This document shows positions 40,910 to 53,717 of a stretch of 64,000 bases of DNA, piece by piece (the stretch's first letter is position 1; every line of letters begins with the position of its first letter). Position numbers and translations under genes: made by a program. The notes below the pieces were generated by a model, which made no database searches, was not told the origin of the DNA, and saw only the letters and a list, made by a program, of their open reading frames with translations. The stretch is from Torpedo marmorata. Its lineage: Eukaryota. The stretch is taken from positions 120,714,001 through 120,778,000 of the forward strand of contig OZ360220.1 of assembly GCA_977017645.1 (NCBI GenBank). Reading direction: 5' to 3'.

Positions 40910-42122
40910 TTAAGTCAGTACGTTAGAAAGATAAAAGCAGGAAAAATAAAGTTCAGTAATGAGCTGAGCTGACAGGGTTTTAAGATCTTGGCTTGGAAGC
41001 CACATTAGAGGTGGGCTAAAAACAAAGCCAATATCTGGGACCTCCGCCACAAATTCCATTCCCTCACCTTTGTTTCCGATGCCTCTGCAATCCCCTTTGT
41101 TTTCCCTTATTCATTCCATTACATGAGACTACTGACTTCCACATTCAGCCTTCTCTTGACTGATCTGCCATTGACCACCCAATGTTAAGAGAATTTAGAT
41201 CTATTGATAGTGAAGGAATGATGATGTATTTCAAAGTCGGGATGGTTTGTGACTCAGAGCGCAACTTCTATGTGATAGTGTTTCAATGTATTCGTTCCAC
41301 TTGTCGTTCTGGTGTGTAGAAGGTGAGGATTTGGAAGGTGCTGTCAAAAGAACAGCATTGTAAACAGGACATGCTATGGCCACAGTGTACTGATTTATGG
41401 TAAAAGCAAATATTGGTGCAGTCAGGGGATCTGCTTGTCCTGGATAATTGTGCCACAGATGATGAAATCAATTAATTCTGGTAAAGATCTGTGTGTGTTT
41501 TCTGAAGGAATAAATGAACTCTGGTCGTTGCATAGGTGCTTTGTTATTGCACTGTCTCAAATCTTTCCCCACATACAGTTCAGTCACGGCTACTCTGGTT
41601 GATTCTTCCACAACCAATTTGCCAGCTGGCTACTTTGGTGGGCAGCTTTTTTCTGCTAGATTTAAACAAGGTCAGCACCTCAAGATTCCGAAGACATTTG
41701 CTCTGCTGGAAGGTGCAGAAAAACATTACTTACTTTCTATGGATCAGTTCAATCAATGATTGAAATAGATGCACGGTTGGAGCAATTCAGGAATACTAAA
41801 CCAAGAAGTGTACTTTGTTTCCATGTTCCTTTAAAGCTAATGAGCATTTAAAATCAACCAAAAAGTGTTTTCTTTCGTTGAGGGTATGTTTGTAAAATGA
41901 AAAATGCTGAGGAATTTCAGAATCCAGAATAAAGATCCTGAGCGTTAAGTGACTGGCTTTCTCTATTTTAAAAGGACTGTTCTTCATTTCTAAGTGTGAC
42001 ATTCCAGCACACAGATGCAACATTCTGCAGATCTTGCCTGTTTTTAAATCTGTTGGATTTATTATTTTCGATGCAGAGCTCTGCAGAAGTACCTGGACAA
42101 ATGGGGTCCCTGGGTTCCCACT

Positions 42123-42607
42123 AGGACGCTAAGACTCTCAAAAACTTCTACAGGTGTACCGTGGAGAGCATTCTGGCTGGTTGCATCACTGCCTGGTATG
42201 GAGGCGCCAACTCTCAGGACACGAATAAACTCCAGAGGGTTGTTAACTCAGCCTGTGACATCACAGGCACCAAACTTCACTCCATCGAGGACATCTACAT
42301 GAGGTGGTGTCTTAAAAAAGCAGCCTCTATCCTCAAAGACCCCCACCACCCAGTCCATGCCCTCTTCACTCTGCTACCATCGGGAAAAAGATACAGGAGC
42401 CTAAAGACGAGCACTCAACAGCACAAGGACAGCTTCTTCCCCACTGCCATCAGATTCCTGAATAATCAATGAACCAAAGACACTGCCTTACTTTTTTATA
42501 GTAATGTTGTAAGATGGTTATAATATGAATGTTTGTACTATGATGCTGCCTCAAAACACCGAATTTTATGACTTGTTCATAACAATAAATTCTGATTCTG
42601 ATTCTGA
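42123..42607 (+). mobile_element. Rex1/Babar LINE 3' fragment
   Basis: ESILAGCITAWYG...DPHHPVHALFTLLPSGKRYRSLKT...SFFPTAIRFLN; aataaa plus (ttctga)n tail. Confidence 0.88.
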
Positions 42608-43032
42608 TATGCTCCCAAATGGATCTCCGCAGTGGGACCGCTACATCGTAAAGTTAACCTCAAAGTCTTGTCTGAGATGTCATTTTGAGCCACTGGAAAT
42701 AAAATTATTCCTTTGACCGGGTCATCCTCAAAGCTACTGATAAAAAAATCATCCCTCATTAACCACTTCTCCATGAACTGGCACCCATCTGCACTAAAAA
42801 AAATGTTTGCATTGCACGTTAGAAAGTCTCAGACAGTGATGTGAGTCAGTCTGTTGAGAGAAATCCTCATAAAACAAGCAAAAAAAACTTGTTAAATTTT
42901 TGTGAGGTAAAATTAGAAAGGAAGTGTTCCTTTCTCCAAAAGGCAGTAATGTTTCGCCTTTACAGTTTTCCTACTTAAAATCTAATTTTCTAACTTTCCA
43001 CACATAAAGTGTTTGCAATTCTTGTTACTTAC

Positions 43033-43204
43033 AGTCTGATTGCTGGCATCACTGCAGTTTATCCAGCAGGCACTGTTGAACTGGAAGCCATTTGTACAAT
43101 GGTAAAGCCCATGAAATTTTGCTGGGACTGCCTCACACATGACAGGAGCACATATTCCTGGCTGCCAGCTCCCGTCCTCTGTGCATTTTCTCTTGAAAGT
43201 CCGT
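43033..43204 (-). CDS. PAPPA: PAPPA internal exon (CCP3/CCP4)
   Basis: ttttcaag|A CGG...CAG ACT|gtaagt; 172 nt; hand translation RTFKRKCTEDGSWQPGICAPVMCEAVPAKFHGLYHCTNGFQFNSACWINCSDASNQT; this frame is not in the ORF track. Confidence 0.93.
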
Positions 43205-43446
43205 CTTGAAAATTAAAATCAGGTAAATGGTCACATTGAAGATTTGGCCCTTTCAAAACCTCTTAATTAACCTCACAAAAAAAAAGTTTCAAACAATTCA
43301 CTTTCAAATGTGTTTTCTCACAGAATAACAGCATATTCAGAACGTAATCCACAAAAGTGCTGGAGAAACTCAGCAGGTCACACAGCATCGATAGGAAATA
43401 AAGGGTAACCAACGTTTCAGGCCTGAACCCTCCATCAAGGGTCATG

Positions 43447-44126
43447 GTTAAGTTCTTGGGAGTCACTATCTCACAGGATCTTTCCTGGACCCAACACACT
43501 AATGGCATCATGAAGAAAGCACGTCAGTGCCTCAACTTCCTCAGGAGTTTGCGGAGGTTTGGTATGACATCGGAAACCTTGGCAAATTTCTTAAAATGTG
43601 TCGTGGAAAGTGTGTTGACCAGGTGCATCACGGTCTGGTATAGGGACATCAATACCCATGAGCGGAAAGCTCTGAAAAAGGTAGTGGACACAACCCAGGA
43701 CATCACAGGCAAAACCCTCCCCACCATCGAGAACAGCTGCAGGGAACGTTGCCGTTGGAGAGCAGCAGCAATCAAGAAGGATTCACATCGTCCAGCACAC
43801 GCTCTGTTCTCGCTGCTGCCATCAGGAAAGAGGTATAGGTGCCACAAGACTCGCACCACTGGGTTCAGGAACAGCTGTTACCCCTCCACCATCAGACTCC
43901 TCAACAACAAACTCAATCAGAGACTCTTACTTTTGCACTTTATTGATTTTTTTTCTCTCTGTATTGCGCAGTCAGTTGGTTTACTTTTATTTATTTGCTT
44001 ACATGTTTCCGTTGAGTACGGTTTTTTTTGCATTACCAATAAGTGGTAATTCTGCCTCGCCCACAGGAAAAAGAATCTCAGGGTTGTGTATGATTGTGTG
44101 TACTCTGACAATAAATCTGAAATCTG
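43447..44126 (+). mobile_element. Rex1/Babar LINE 3' fragment, preceded by a Penelope-like piece (~43345-43443, minus)
   Basis: KFLGVTISQDLSWTQHTN...LFSLLPSGKRYR...STIRLLN; tail gacaataaatctgaaatctg. Confidence 0.88.
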
Positions 44127-44382
44127 TATGCTGCTTTGAAGATATTCCCAGGCTCTTCATTTAGGAGAGGGATGGAGGGGACCCTGAGAATGTTCGTACT
44201 GACCAAGAGAAGAATGTTGTGTGAAACCCATAGAATAATACTGTAGATTTGAGGGGGGTTTTGAAAAGTAAGGAGAGTAATGGCAATACTGAACTAAGCT
44301 TACAGAGTTCAGCTGCAACTGAGGGAAGAAAGAAGGACGTGAGAGGTAGAGGCTGAGTTGAGAAAAATGTTGTAAATTAGTA

Positions 44383-44882
44383 CAGGTTGTACCTCTTTAA
44401 TCGGTGACCTTGGGGCCTGGCCATTGCCGGACCACAGAAAATGCCGGAAAACAGAAATTGACCCCTAAGGGAACCCCCTATGTAAACATATCAAAGGTAG
44501 AACAAAGCTTAAAACAGGAAATAATACTGTGAGGCGGCACGGTTAGCGTAGCGGTTAGCGCAACGCCTTTACAGCACCAGCGATCGGGACCGGGGTTCAA
44601 GCATTGTACACACCAATTTATAATTTGATTGAAGAATGCAGAGATAACATGAGTATTTATAAAGGAGATGGCAAACCATATTTGCAATATATACTTATAA
44701 CTAAGTGGGCAGCACGGTTAGCATAGCGGTTAGTGCAACTCCTTTACAGCGCCAACAATCGGGACCGGGGTTCGATTCCCGCGCTGTCTGTAAGGAGTTT
44801 GTACTAACGGCGGCAGATTCAAACGTGCCGGACCATGGGAGTTGCCGGACCACAGAGCGCCGGATAAGAGAGGTACAACCTG
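44383..44882. mobile_element. Tc1/pogo-type MITE containing two SINE heads
   Basis: Perfect 14-bp TIR CAGGTTGTACCTCT / AGAGGTACAACCTG with TA flanks. Confidence 0.8.
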
Positions 44883-47800
44883 TATAAGTTCAAGGGTTAG
44901 CAAATTGTGTGCAGTTCTTGCCCTTAACATGGTGAAACCAATGAGACCAGATTTTGAAAGGAATCAGCACAGCTGTGCAGCTGGTTGTCCTACTGTCTCA
45001 CAGCTTTGGCAGATCGGGTTCAAATCTGACCTCTGGTGCCATTTGTGTGGGGTTTGCACGATCTCTCTTTGACCTCATGGGTTTCCTTTGGAGGCTGCAG
45101 TTTCCTCCCACATGTCAAAGACGTGGAGGTTTGTCTGGTTAATTGGGCACTGTAAATTGCTCCTGGTGTGTAGGTGAGTGGCAGAATCAGCGTGGAGTTG
45201 ATGGGAATGTGGGGAGAATAAAGTGGGTTTCCTTGGGATTGCTGCAAATGAGTGCTATGTGGTTGACGAGCACTTAGTGGGCCCGTCATGTTTCCATGCA
45301 GAATGGCTTCATGACTCTCCCATGCATGGTGTTGCACAGTGAGTGAATTCTGTCCCCAAGTGGCTGAGAAGTGTGGAATGTAGGAAGTATGATGAGGTTC
45401 TGGGTTGAGGTTTGGGTGAATTTCCTTCAACGGGGAGACAACAGTAAGCCTGGGCTTCAACATAATAAGAATACATCTTGCCAAGATTATATTACAACCT
45501 TTCTTGCAAACTGCGTTCACATTTTTGAATAACATGTCCTCTGGATCTTTGCATTTTTTAAACCAGAATTTTAATCAGCATTTTCAAGTATTGAATAGAA
45601 ATAGATGAAAGTCCACAATGATTGTATGGTTTAAAACTGAACAATTTAAATTGAAATTTATGCTTTCTGTTGATGAAATATTTTGGCAGAACTATTGTCA
45701 CATTTTAGAGTAGGATGTAAATACTGAATCAAATTACAGTCCTAAAGCAGAATTCTCGGTGAAATAAGAGGTCAGTAGAGATATTATGACAATATTATGC
45801 AAAATATTATTGCTGTCAATTAGTGTGCATCAGCAGACTTGCATTGTTGCGTTTCACTCTTCTATCGTTTGTTTATTTTTCAATGATACATTTAAACTTG
45901 GTGTAACTCCGGTTTAAAATGGTATTCTTCCTTAGTTTATGCAACAAATCCAGCTCCCCTCTAAAATGTGGCAAAAGTGCCAAGGATTGTTTCCTTTCTT
46001 GTCAAATCTAATGAGCATGGATCCTGACAGAAAGTGGACCTGGCTGACAAATGCTTGATTGGGCATCCTAGTCAGTTGTTTCCAAAGGGCAGCTATTGGA
46101 TAATGAATGGAATTGATTTCCAACAGGGTGTCCAACTCTAAACTGAAGGTAGTAAGAAGTGCATTCAGCTCATCATTATTTTTTAATCCTGCTGAACCAT
46201 CTGCGTGATGCTTTAGATTGTTTTCCTTCAGTTTGTACAATGGAAAGATCAACTATGCCATTATAAAGTTACAATGAAATATAAGATCTTGGACTAAATG
46301 AAAATTTGGTGTTTCAACCCATTGTAATCTTTCATAACATCTCAGCAGGGGTTGCCCTGAAGGAACTGATATATCCACCTCTCCTCACCCACCATAGTTT
46401 CTTTGACATAAGACAGTGTAAACATTGTAGAGTTTGTGTAACACGGTGACAAAAGCCCCAAATGCAAGATCATTTTTGTTTTCAAACTTAACAGAAATGG
46501 CTAAATAAATGTACGTCATCATTCTAAATTGTATATTCAGCAGAACTGGACCCATTAAGGAGGACATCTTGATTGTGTACACCCATTTCCAAAGATTAGG
46601 GTTCACTTATTCAAAACTGCAGAAAAATAAATATTTCTCTCACATTCTACCACTCTCAATTTTCATCTTTGCAGACGGGTATGAATGTACACTTCAGTTC
46701 ATGCATAGGAATTAAAATTTAGGTAATTTAAAAAGTAATCATTCTTAATTTTTTTTAAAAATTAGATGTACAGCGCAGTAACAGGCCCTTCCGGCCCATG
46801 AGCCTGTGCTGCCCAATTACACCCAATTAACCTCCAACCCTGTAGATTTTGAAGGATGGGAGGATACCAGAGCACCCGGCGAAAACCCACACAGCCACGG
46901 GGAGAACGTACAAACTCCTTGCAGACAGTGCCGGATTGGAACCCAGGTTGAAATATCTGTCTGTTGCTCTATTCCCAGAAATCCTGTGGAGTAAATGTTG
47001 TGACTTTCTATTCCTCCTAGTGGTCTACCAGCCTCCTTTATGGAAAGGATAAACATTTTGGAGAAACGATGTAGATGCAAAATCATTTGATGACAAACAT
47101 CAATGTATGGTCGCAGCGTCACAGAGTCTTGGAGCACATAACAGGCCCTTTGGCTCACCACATCAATGCTGACCACCAAGTGCTTAGCTATCTTAATCCT
47201 AACTAAATAAAATTTGTTTTCTTGAGTTTTTCTGGTTTGAAGAGGGATCGTTGGCCAATTTTAAAGGTTGGTTTCTCATTGTCCATTCTGAACAGGGTGT
47301 TGATAAAACAATACTTTGTGCCCCAAAGGCAGTTAGAATTGATTATTTGTTTTCAAAATATTGAATGCTATAGTCAAAGAGATGGAAAAATAAAATTGTA
47401 CATCAGTGCAGGTGGTGGTGGGGAGGGCAAGGGGGTGGTAATGGAGGGAATGGGTTTTGATTTAAGGTAATCTATCAGTTTCATTACAAACATACATTTG
47501 ATTAAATATGCATGAAGTTTCTTAAGTGCTCGCCACCACTAAAAGTCAGTGCAAAACAGCTGCCAGTAGACAGTCAGCTCCTGGAGGATTCAGTACATTG
47601 TGCAGCAATGCTATTAGCATGCTGAATTAACTTTAATAATTTTAAACAATGGGAATAAGTATTTCATGGGCTTTACCATTGTACAGAATTTGTGTGGAGC
47701 GATTGGTTGGGAAATGTGGAAATGTTTTCGCTGCCTCTCTATGTAGCTAGACATTGTAACAATCTCACAGCTCTCCTCAGACTAATGACTGATATTAATT

Positions 47801-48501
47801 AACACAGAATTTAGCATCAAAGAAGTTTGTGGTGAATGCACAAGCCTAATAAGGTAATGTCATTGGAGTCTGGCATCTAGCTGCAAAAAACAGTGTGATT
47901 TCCCTGTAATAGTTTTAACATTACAACTCTAGGCAGAGCAAGGAAATATTTTTCTGCATTCTTGTGGTGCAGCTTTAGAGGAAAGCCCTAATTATTTGTT
48001 AGTTCATAACTCCAACACCTTTAACCAGTTTCTGAGCTCGTTATTAGATATAAACACTATCACCAGGGATCCACTTCGTAGATATAAAAAAATTAATATA
48101 ATTATGCAACAGAGGTCAATCACATATGGAATACAAAGTTCATCTTGGGTTGTTGCACTTAAAGGTTAAGAGGGTATCACCAGCCTTTTATATCGCCTCT
48201 TCAGGCTATTTTTCATCATTGGAATTGAAGGCAAAAAAAAAATCAGTCTTGAGCGCCAAGATGATTAACCAGAGGCCATTTTGCATGATCTCCCCATACA
48301 TATTTTATATCCCGTGATGGCTTTGCGAGTTTGTCTTCACTAGTCTCATTAGAAACACTTAATCATGTTGCTGCATGAAGAGCACCACACACAGTATGCA
48401 CACATGCACAATCGACGACACACAAGCATCTGCATATTCACCATCTCACATGTACACATACACACATACCTACAAATGCATGTCACAATGGTTTCACTTA
48501 C

Positions 48502-48712
48502 TTCCTGATCTTTCTTGAAACATTGGGGACGTAGTATCCTGGCCTGCACTTGTATTTGCATGCGGCCCCAACTTTGTGCCCGTCTTGTTGACAATGCAAG
48601 CTCTGAAGCATGGCATTGGGCACAGGAGGAGGTGCGAGGCACAGCAGTTCACAGAGTGCTTCAGGGAAAGACCACAGTCCATCGTCTAGGCAGGTCAGAG
48701 TGTTATTGGTCC
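48502..48712 (-). CDS. PAPPA: PAPPA internal exon (CCP2/CCP3)
   Basis: ttctgcag|GG ACC...AGG AA|gtaagt; 211 nt; (G)TNNTLTCLDDGLWSFPEALCELLCLAPPPVPNAMLQSLHCQQDGHKVGAACKYKCRPGYYVPNVSRKIR(K); phases 1 and 2 match both neighbours. Confidence 0.95.
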
Positions 48713-51114
48713 CTGCAGAACAGTATACCACATTAGTCCAGATGGAAGACTTGGTTTTGGCATAGTCCAAAACCTTCATTGACAAGAAACTAAAGCAACC
48801 TTGTTGGAATTGCTGGCACATGAGTTTGGAAAGCAAATTGTTCACATCTCCCCAGAATTGAGTATCCTGTACACGCTCTTACAAACCACAACTAAACACT
48901 GTTTTATAGCACAAAATATTTTTAAAGACATTTACTTACACAAACTCTATTCCATTTTCTACCCTTGAACCTCAGGCTGTTTATTTTTGTTGGCAGAACC
49001 TTCCTACAACTTTCTTAAAGTGACTCATGATTAAAAAAAACTATTATTACTGCTCTAGGCTGACTGGTTCCAAGAAGTAACTTGTCGGCTTGACGCATTT
49101 GGCTCTTCACAGACAGGAGTATAAAATGGGTGGATGTGGGGTAGGAAAGGGGGCAGGAGGGGAAACTTTTACTTAACATACTTTTATCAGCAAGTTAAAT
49201 GGGATTTTACGATTCCAAGGAACAAGTTAAATGTTCCATTCGCACGGTGAAGAACCATCACATCATTGCTGTGAGAATGTGATTGTCGGAACATCGTTCT
49301 TAATTCCCCATTCTGCATGTGGGCCTTTGATCTCCTGGTAATATTCTGAATTTGTTTTCCAATCTCTGCCACTGCAGCTGATTAATTAAGAAGCAAAGCA
49401 CTGCAGATGTAGGAACGTTTTATTCCTTCACTCTCTCTTCACTTGCCTCATTTGCCTTTTCACTCCTCTCTCAGCTTATGATATTCTGCCTGGTTTGCAC
49501 AATTCGCTTAAGACGTGTCACTTCCCTCCTTTTTCTCTTTCTTCATCTTATCTGCCTTTTTTGGGAACTAGGGAACTTGAACTTGAGTTCCTTTCCCTTC
49601 CTCATTTGTGGGAACATTCCTATCCTGTACCCGAAACATCTCCTCTTGAAAAGTCATTGACCATTCTTTCATCGATTTGGCTCCACGTTGATGTACTGAG
49701 ATCCCTTCTCATTCCATTAACATTAACCCACCTCCAGTTTGTCAATTCTACATTGGGTTTCTCCTTGCCCACCCCCATTTATTTAAACTTTTTGTCCTGA
49801 TGATTGATGCTGCCCAAGTGTTCTCCCAAAAACATGTGGCCAACTTGGCTCACTTTGCTCCCCCAGATACAAGACCAGCAAATCCTCTTTCCTTATCAAG
49901 TGAAGAACATCCATCATCATACAGTCATAGAGTTGCAGAGCAGAGAAACAGGCCCCTTGGCCCAACTCAATCAATGCTAGCAAAGGATGTTCTCTTGCAG
50001 ACATTTCAGAATGTCCACCCATCTTGTTTCTTTGCTCCAGCAATTTTGCAGTAAACAGTGGATAACTGAAATTACCCACTCTACAGTGCTTGTGCATATT
50101 TCTGTCACATCTTTGCAGAATTGATCCACGCTAATCATTTTCCAGGCCAGGAGGCAATTTCATCTCATCAAATGAAAATATTGCAAACTGCTATTGATAT
50201 GAAAGTAAAATTGTTGAAGTCGAGATTACTCAGGAGATGAGACATCATCTGAGGAGAGATCTGAGTAAATCTTTCAAAATCTCAAAGCAAAATCCTGCAA
50301 ACTATTTGTAATTGCATCACATTCTGATGAACATATATTGATCTGAAACATTAACTCTGCTTGCCTCTCGACAGATGGCATTTGGTATCACCAAAAATTT
50401 CTGTTTTCAGCTTCATTTTTCACCAGATAGTGCACATATTTTCAACTTGGAAGTTGAGGTTGGTTTGACAATTGGAGATGTCATGGCTGAGACGTGGTTT
50501 GGTGAGTTAACAATTTCAAGGGTGATGAAGCTAACTGGGACCATTCAACTTGTATTCAAAATAATTGGCACAGGTGTCTGGTGGGACAGAATTATCATAC
50601 CCCTTGGTTCTTATCACTGATCTGTCAGTTCCCAAATCTGCAAACTAACTGATGGTATTTCCTGTCATTCTGTTGATAGCCAATAAATTATTATGAAAAC
50701 AGGTTTTGAATATATGTTGCACTAGCTGTTGTTCATTTCATCCTTTTGGTGGCACACTCCTGCTTTGAGCTGTTGCTTTATTAGCTGACTGATCTTGGCC
50801 AGCCTGCTATTTACCCATTGCCTGTTTCTGCAGTAGAGTTTTGTGATTTCAAGATTATCTGCTTTGCCCTCTTGCTCCTGACCCACAAAGTTCTGTGCAA
50901 GCAAACAACACCTTGCGGGGAGTATCAAAAAGCTTCCAGGAAATCTAAACCAAAACAGGAAAATGCTAGAATTACTCCATGGGTCAAACTGAAGCTGTGG
51001 GAAGAGAAACCGTTAAGATTTCAGGTCGAAGACCCTTCATCAGTCCTTGGTTTTGCCTCCTTCCTAGTTCTGACGAGAGATCTTTCCACTAATTTTAACC
51101 TCGTTCCCCTCACA

Positions 51115-52290
51115 TCCCCTCTCCACCTTCCGTAGGGACAGCACCCTTCCTCGTCCACACATCCCTTCCCACTAATCGCCCCCTTGGCACGTTCCCCTGT
51201 GGCCGCAGGAAGTGCCACACATGCACCCACACCTTCTCCGTCACCACCATTCGGGGCCCTAAGCAGCCCTTCCAAGTGAAGCAACACTTCACTTGTGAAT
51301 CTGCAGGGGTCATCTACTGCATCCAGTACTCCCGTTGTGGCCATCTCTACATTGGAGAGACTGGACGCAGACTGGAGATCGCTTCGCTGAACACCTTCGC
51401 TCTGTCCGCATCAAAGACAGGGACCAGGGATCTCCTAGTGGCCAACTATTTTAATTCTGCTCCCCACTCCCGCACTGACATGTCTGTCCATGGTCTCATG
51501 GACAGACTGTCAAACCAAGGCCACCCGTAAATTGGAGGAGCAACACGTAATATTCCCTCTGGGCACTCTCCAACTGGAAGGCATTAACATCGACTTCTCC
51601 GGTTCCTGTAGCCCATCCCTATTCTCCCTCTTTACCCCATCCCTCTGTCTCCTTTCCTCCAGCTCTCCAACCTCTTCCCTCTCCATTCACAGAGCCATCC
51701 CCCTCCCCCTGTTTGCTGTTGCACCCTCCCTCCCTTATCCACCTATTACCTCCTGCCTGTGGGCCTGTACTCCTCCCCCTGTCCCTCCCCCCCAGAACCG
51801 GTGCCAGACTATTTTGCGCCCTAGGTCGGGTTGAGCACGGTGGGGTGGGGGGGGGGGGTTTGCTGACCGGGCTGAGCGGTGGGTGCAATACATAATGCTG
51901 ATGTGACATTTGACGTGCGCCGTACCACTTCCTCCCTCCACGTTACCAGACTAACGCGCGTGCTTATAGCGCGTTAGTCAGAACCAAGTCATTCATGTCG
52001 CAGAGGTGCCGGAGCTGTTGGAATCTCTCTTCAACAGCACCCCTCTGAGGTCTGGGCCCGAGGCGGCAGCCTAGTTGGCCTAATGGTAGTGCCGGCCCTG
52101 CCTCCCCCCCCACAATTTTATTCAGGCGCCTGCCTACATTTTGCTCATACATTGAAGAAGGGCTCAAGCCCGAAATATTGGTTATGTATCTTTATTTTTG
52201 TTATAACAAATACGCTGTTTGATCTGTTGAGTTTCTCCAGCATTGTGTTTTTACTTCAATGACGGTGGGTGCAGACTTTTGTGTTTTACT
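51115..52290 (+). mobile_element. 5'-truncated Penelope-like element (GIY-YIG plus 3' hammerhead), interrupted by a MITE
   Basis: KQHFTCESAGVIYCIQYSRCGHLYIGETGRRL; colinear with 140-1010; hammerhead motif at ~52146-52187. Confidence 0.85.
51793..52100. mobile_element. Probable hAT-type MITE nested in the Penelope-like element
   Basis: Segment missing from the 140-1010 copy; ends cagaaccggtgc / gtgccggccctg (CAGGGCCGGC-like TIR); C-rich ~8-bp duplicated flank. Confidence 0.6.
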
Positions 52291-53335
52291 GTTGAGTATT
52301 TCCAACATTTTCTGTTTCAATTATCCTGGAATCCATGCTTCTGTGTACCTCTGTATTGACAATTCTCCGGTTTTGAAGTTCATTTTCAAATCTTGTTGCC
52401 TCAGTTGAATTTTTCTAACAGAGCCACAATCATTAATACTTTCCAAACACAGCAACATAAATGCAAATACTCTTATGCCTGTAATTTAGACTATCTACAA
52501 GGTTGCAAATAGTGTGTGTGTGCTTGTGTGCATGCATGTGTGTGTGTCTCTCTGCTTCTCAGCTGTTTATTTTACTGTTTTCCACATCTGTGTGTGACCA
52601 TGACAGATGTGTAGCCCTGTTAGTGCCTCATGAAAGGAAATAGTCTTTGCTTAATTCAAACTCTGGCAAATATCATGTTTTCACTTTCTTCTCCTGGTTT
52701 AATTCTGATGGGAGCATCAAGATTAAAAATATTGAAATTTAACTATGTGTAAAACCTTCAAACATCAGTGAGAGATTCTTGGACTTCAGTACTGGGTAGT
52801 GAAGGTGTGAGCACAGAGACCTAATGGGCCGTAACACTTACATTGTGCTGTTGACTAATGGACCAGTTGATGCCAAAAATAATTATCTGTTCAACCCTAC
52901 CCTCCCTCCCCAAATCTGGAACATGACATTAAAAGGATGTCATTGTCTGGATCCACAGTTGTATATCAGTTTTATAGACTGTGCAGAGTTTTGCAGATGT
53001 AGTGTTCTTTTTATTCCAGTGGGGAGGTAAGACCTTGTCATTCACATGCATAAATCCACACACATTCTGTGCAGTGCATCAATCAGAGTGAGTTCAGTGC
53101 TTCTAGGCACATGGTTTACTCTGACACTTATCCCTGAGAGGTGTGGTGACAGCACTTACGAGTTGGGCCATTGCCTCAGGCATCCATAATGAATGGATTT
53201 TCTGACTGCAGAGTTTTCTCTCTGGAGATTCTGGCTATTTAGCTGTTGGTTCATGGTGAAAATGGTAACAATGAAGTCTACTTTTTTGATGGAGGTAGGA
53301 AAAGAGTTGATTTGCGTACAGCAGTGTTTTCTTAC

Positions 53336-53519
53336 CTCGGAACTGGGCAGGAGGTCGACACAGAAAGGTGCACTGTTTCCCAAAGGTAGTCCCGTCAGGG
53401 CAGGAGAAGGCAGCAGGGTAGATGTGATACTGGTCAGGGATCCCACAGTCTACTGGTTCGCACAGAACTTGCTGGTTCCATTTTCCATCTGTGCAAGTGA
53501 CTGTCATTTCCAATTTAGA
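53336..53519 (-). CDS. PAPPA: PAPPA internal exon (end of CCP1 and most of CCP2)
   Basis: ttttcag|TCT...CGA G|gtaag; 184 nt; SKLEMTVTCTDGKWNQQVLCEPVDCGIPDQYHIYPAAFSCPDGTTFGKQCTFLCRPPAQFR(G), resembling vertebrate pappalysin-1 (VTCTEGKWNKQVACEPVDC, recalled); phase 1 fits the next exon. Confidence 0.95.
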
Positions 53520-53717
53520 CTGAAAACAAACCACAATATTTTAGGGTATAGAATTATTCAGTGTTGAATCTAGAAGCACCAATCATGGTCGGATTAGAGC
53601 TTCGAGTTTTTGTAAACTGAAACAAAGCCAGATGATTCCCATTTTACTGAGGATCAGCTTCCAATGCTTCCAGCTTTCAGTTATTCCCTGTTATTGGTAT
53701 GGAAAACTGGAACAGGT

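Noticed and set aside
44533-44803. tRNA genes
   Set aside because: These are A/B-box heads of a SINE family, with no complete cloverleaf; the second continues into the SINE body.
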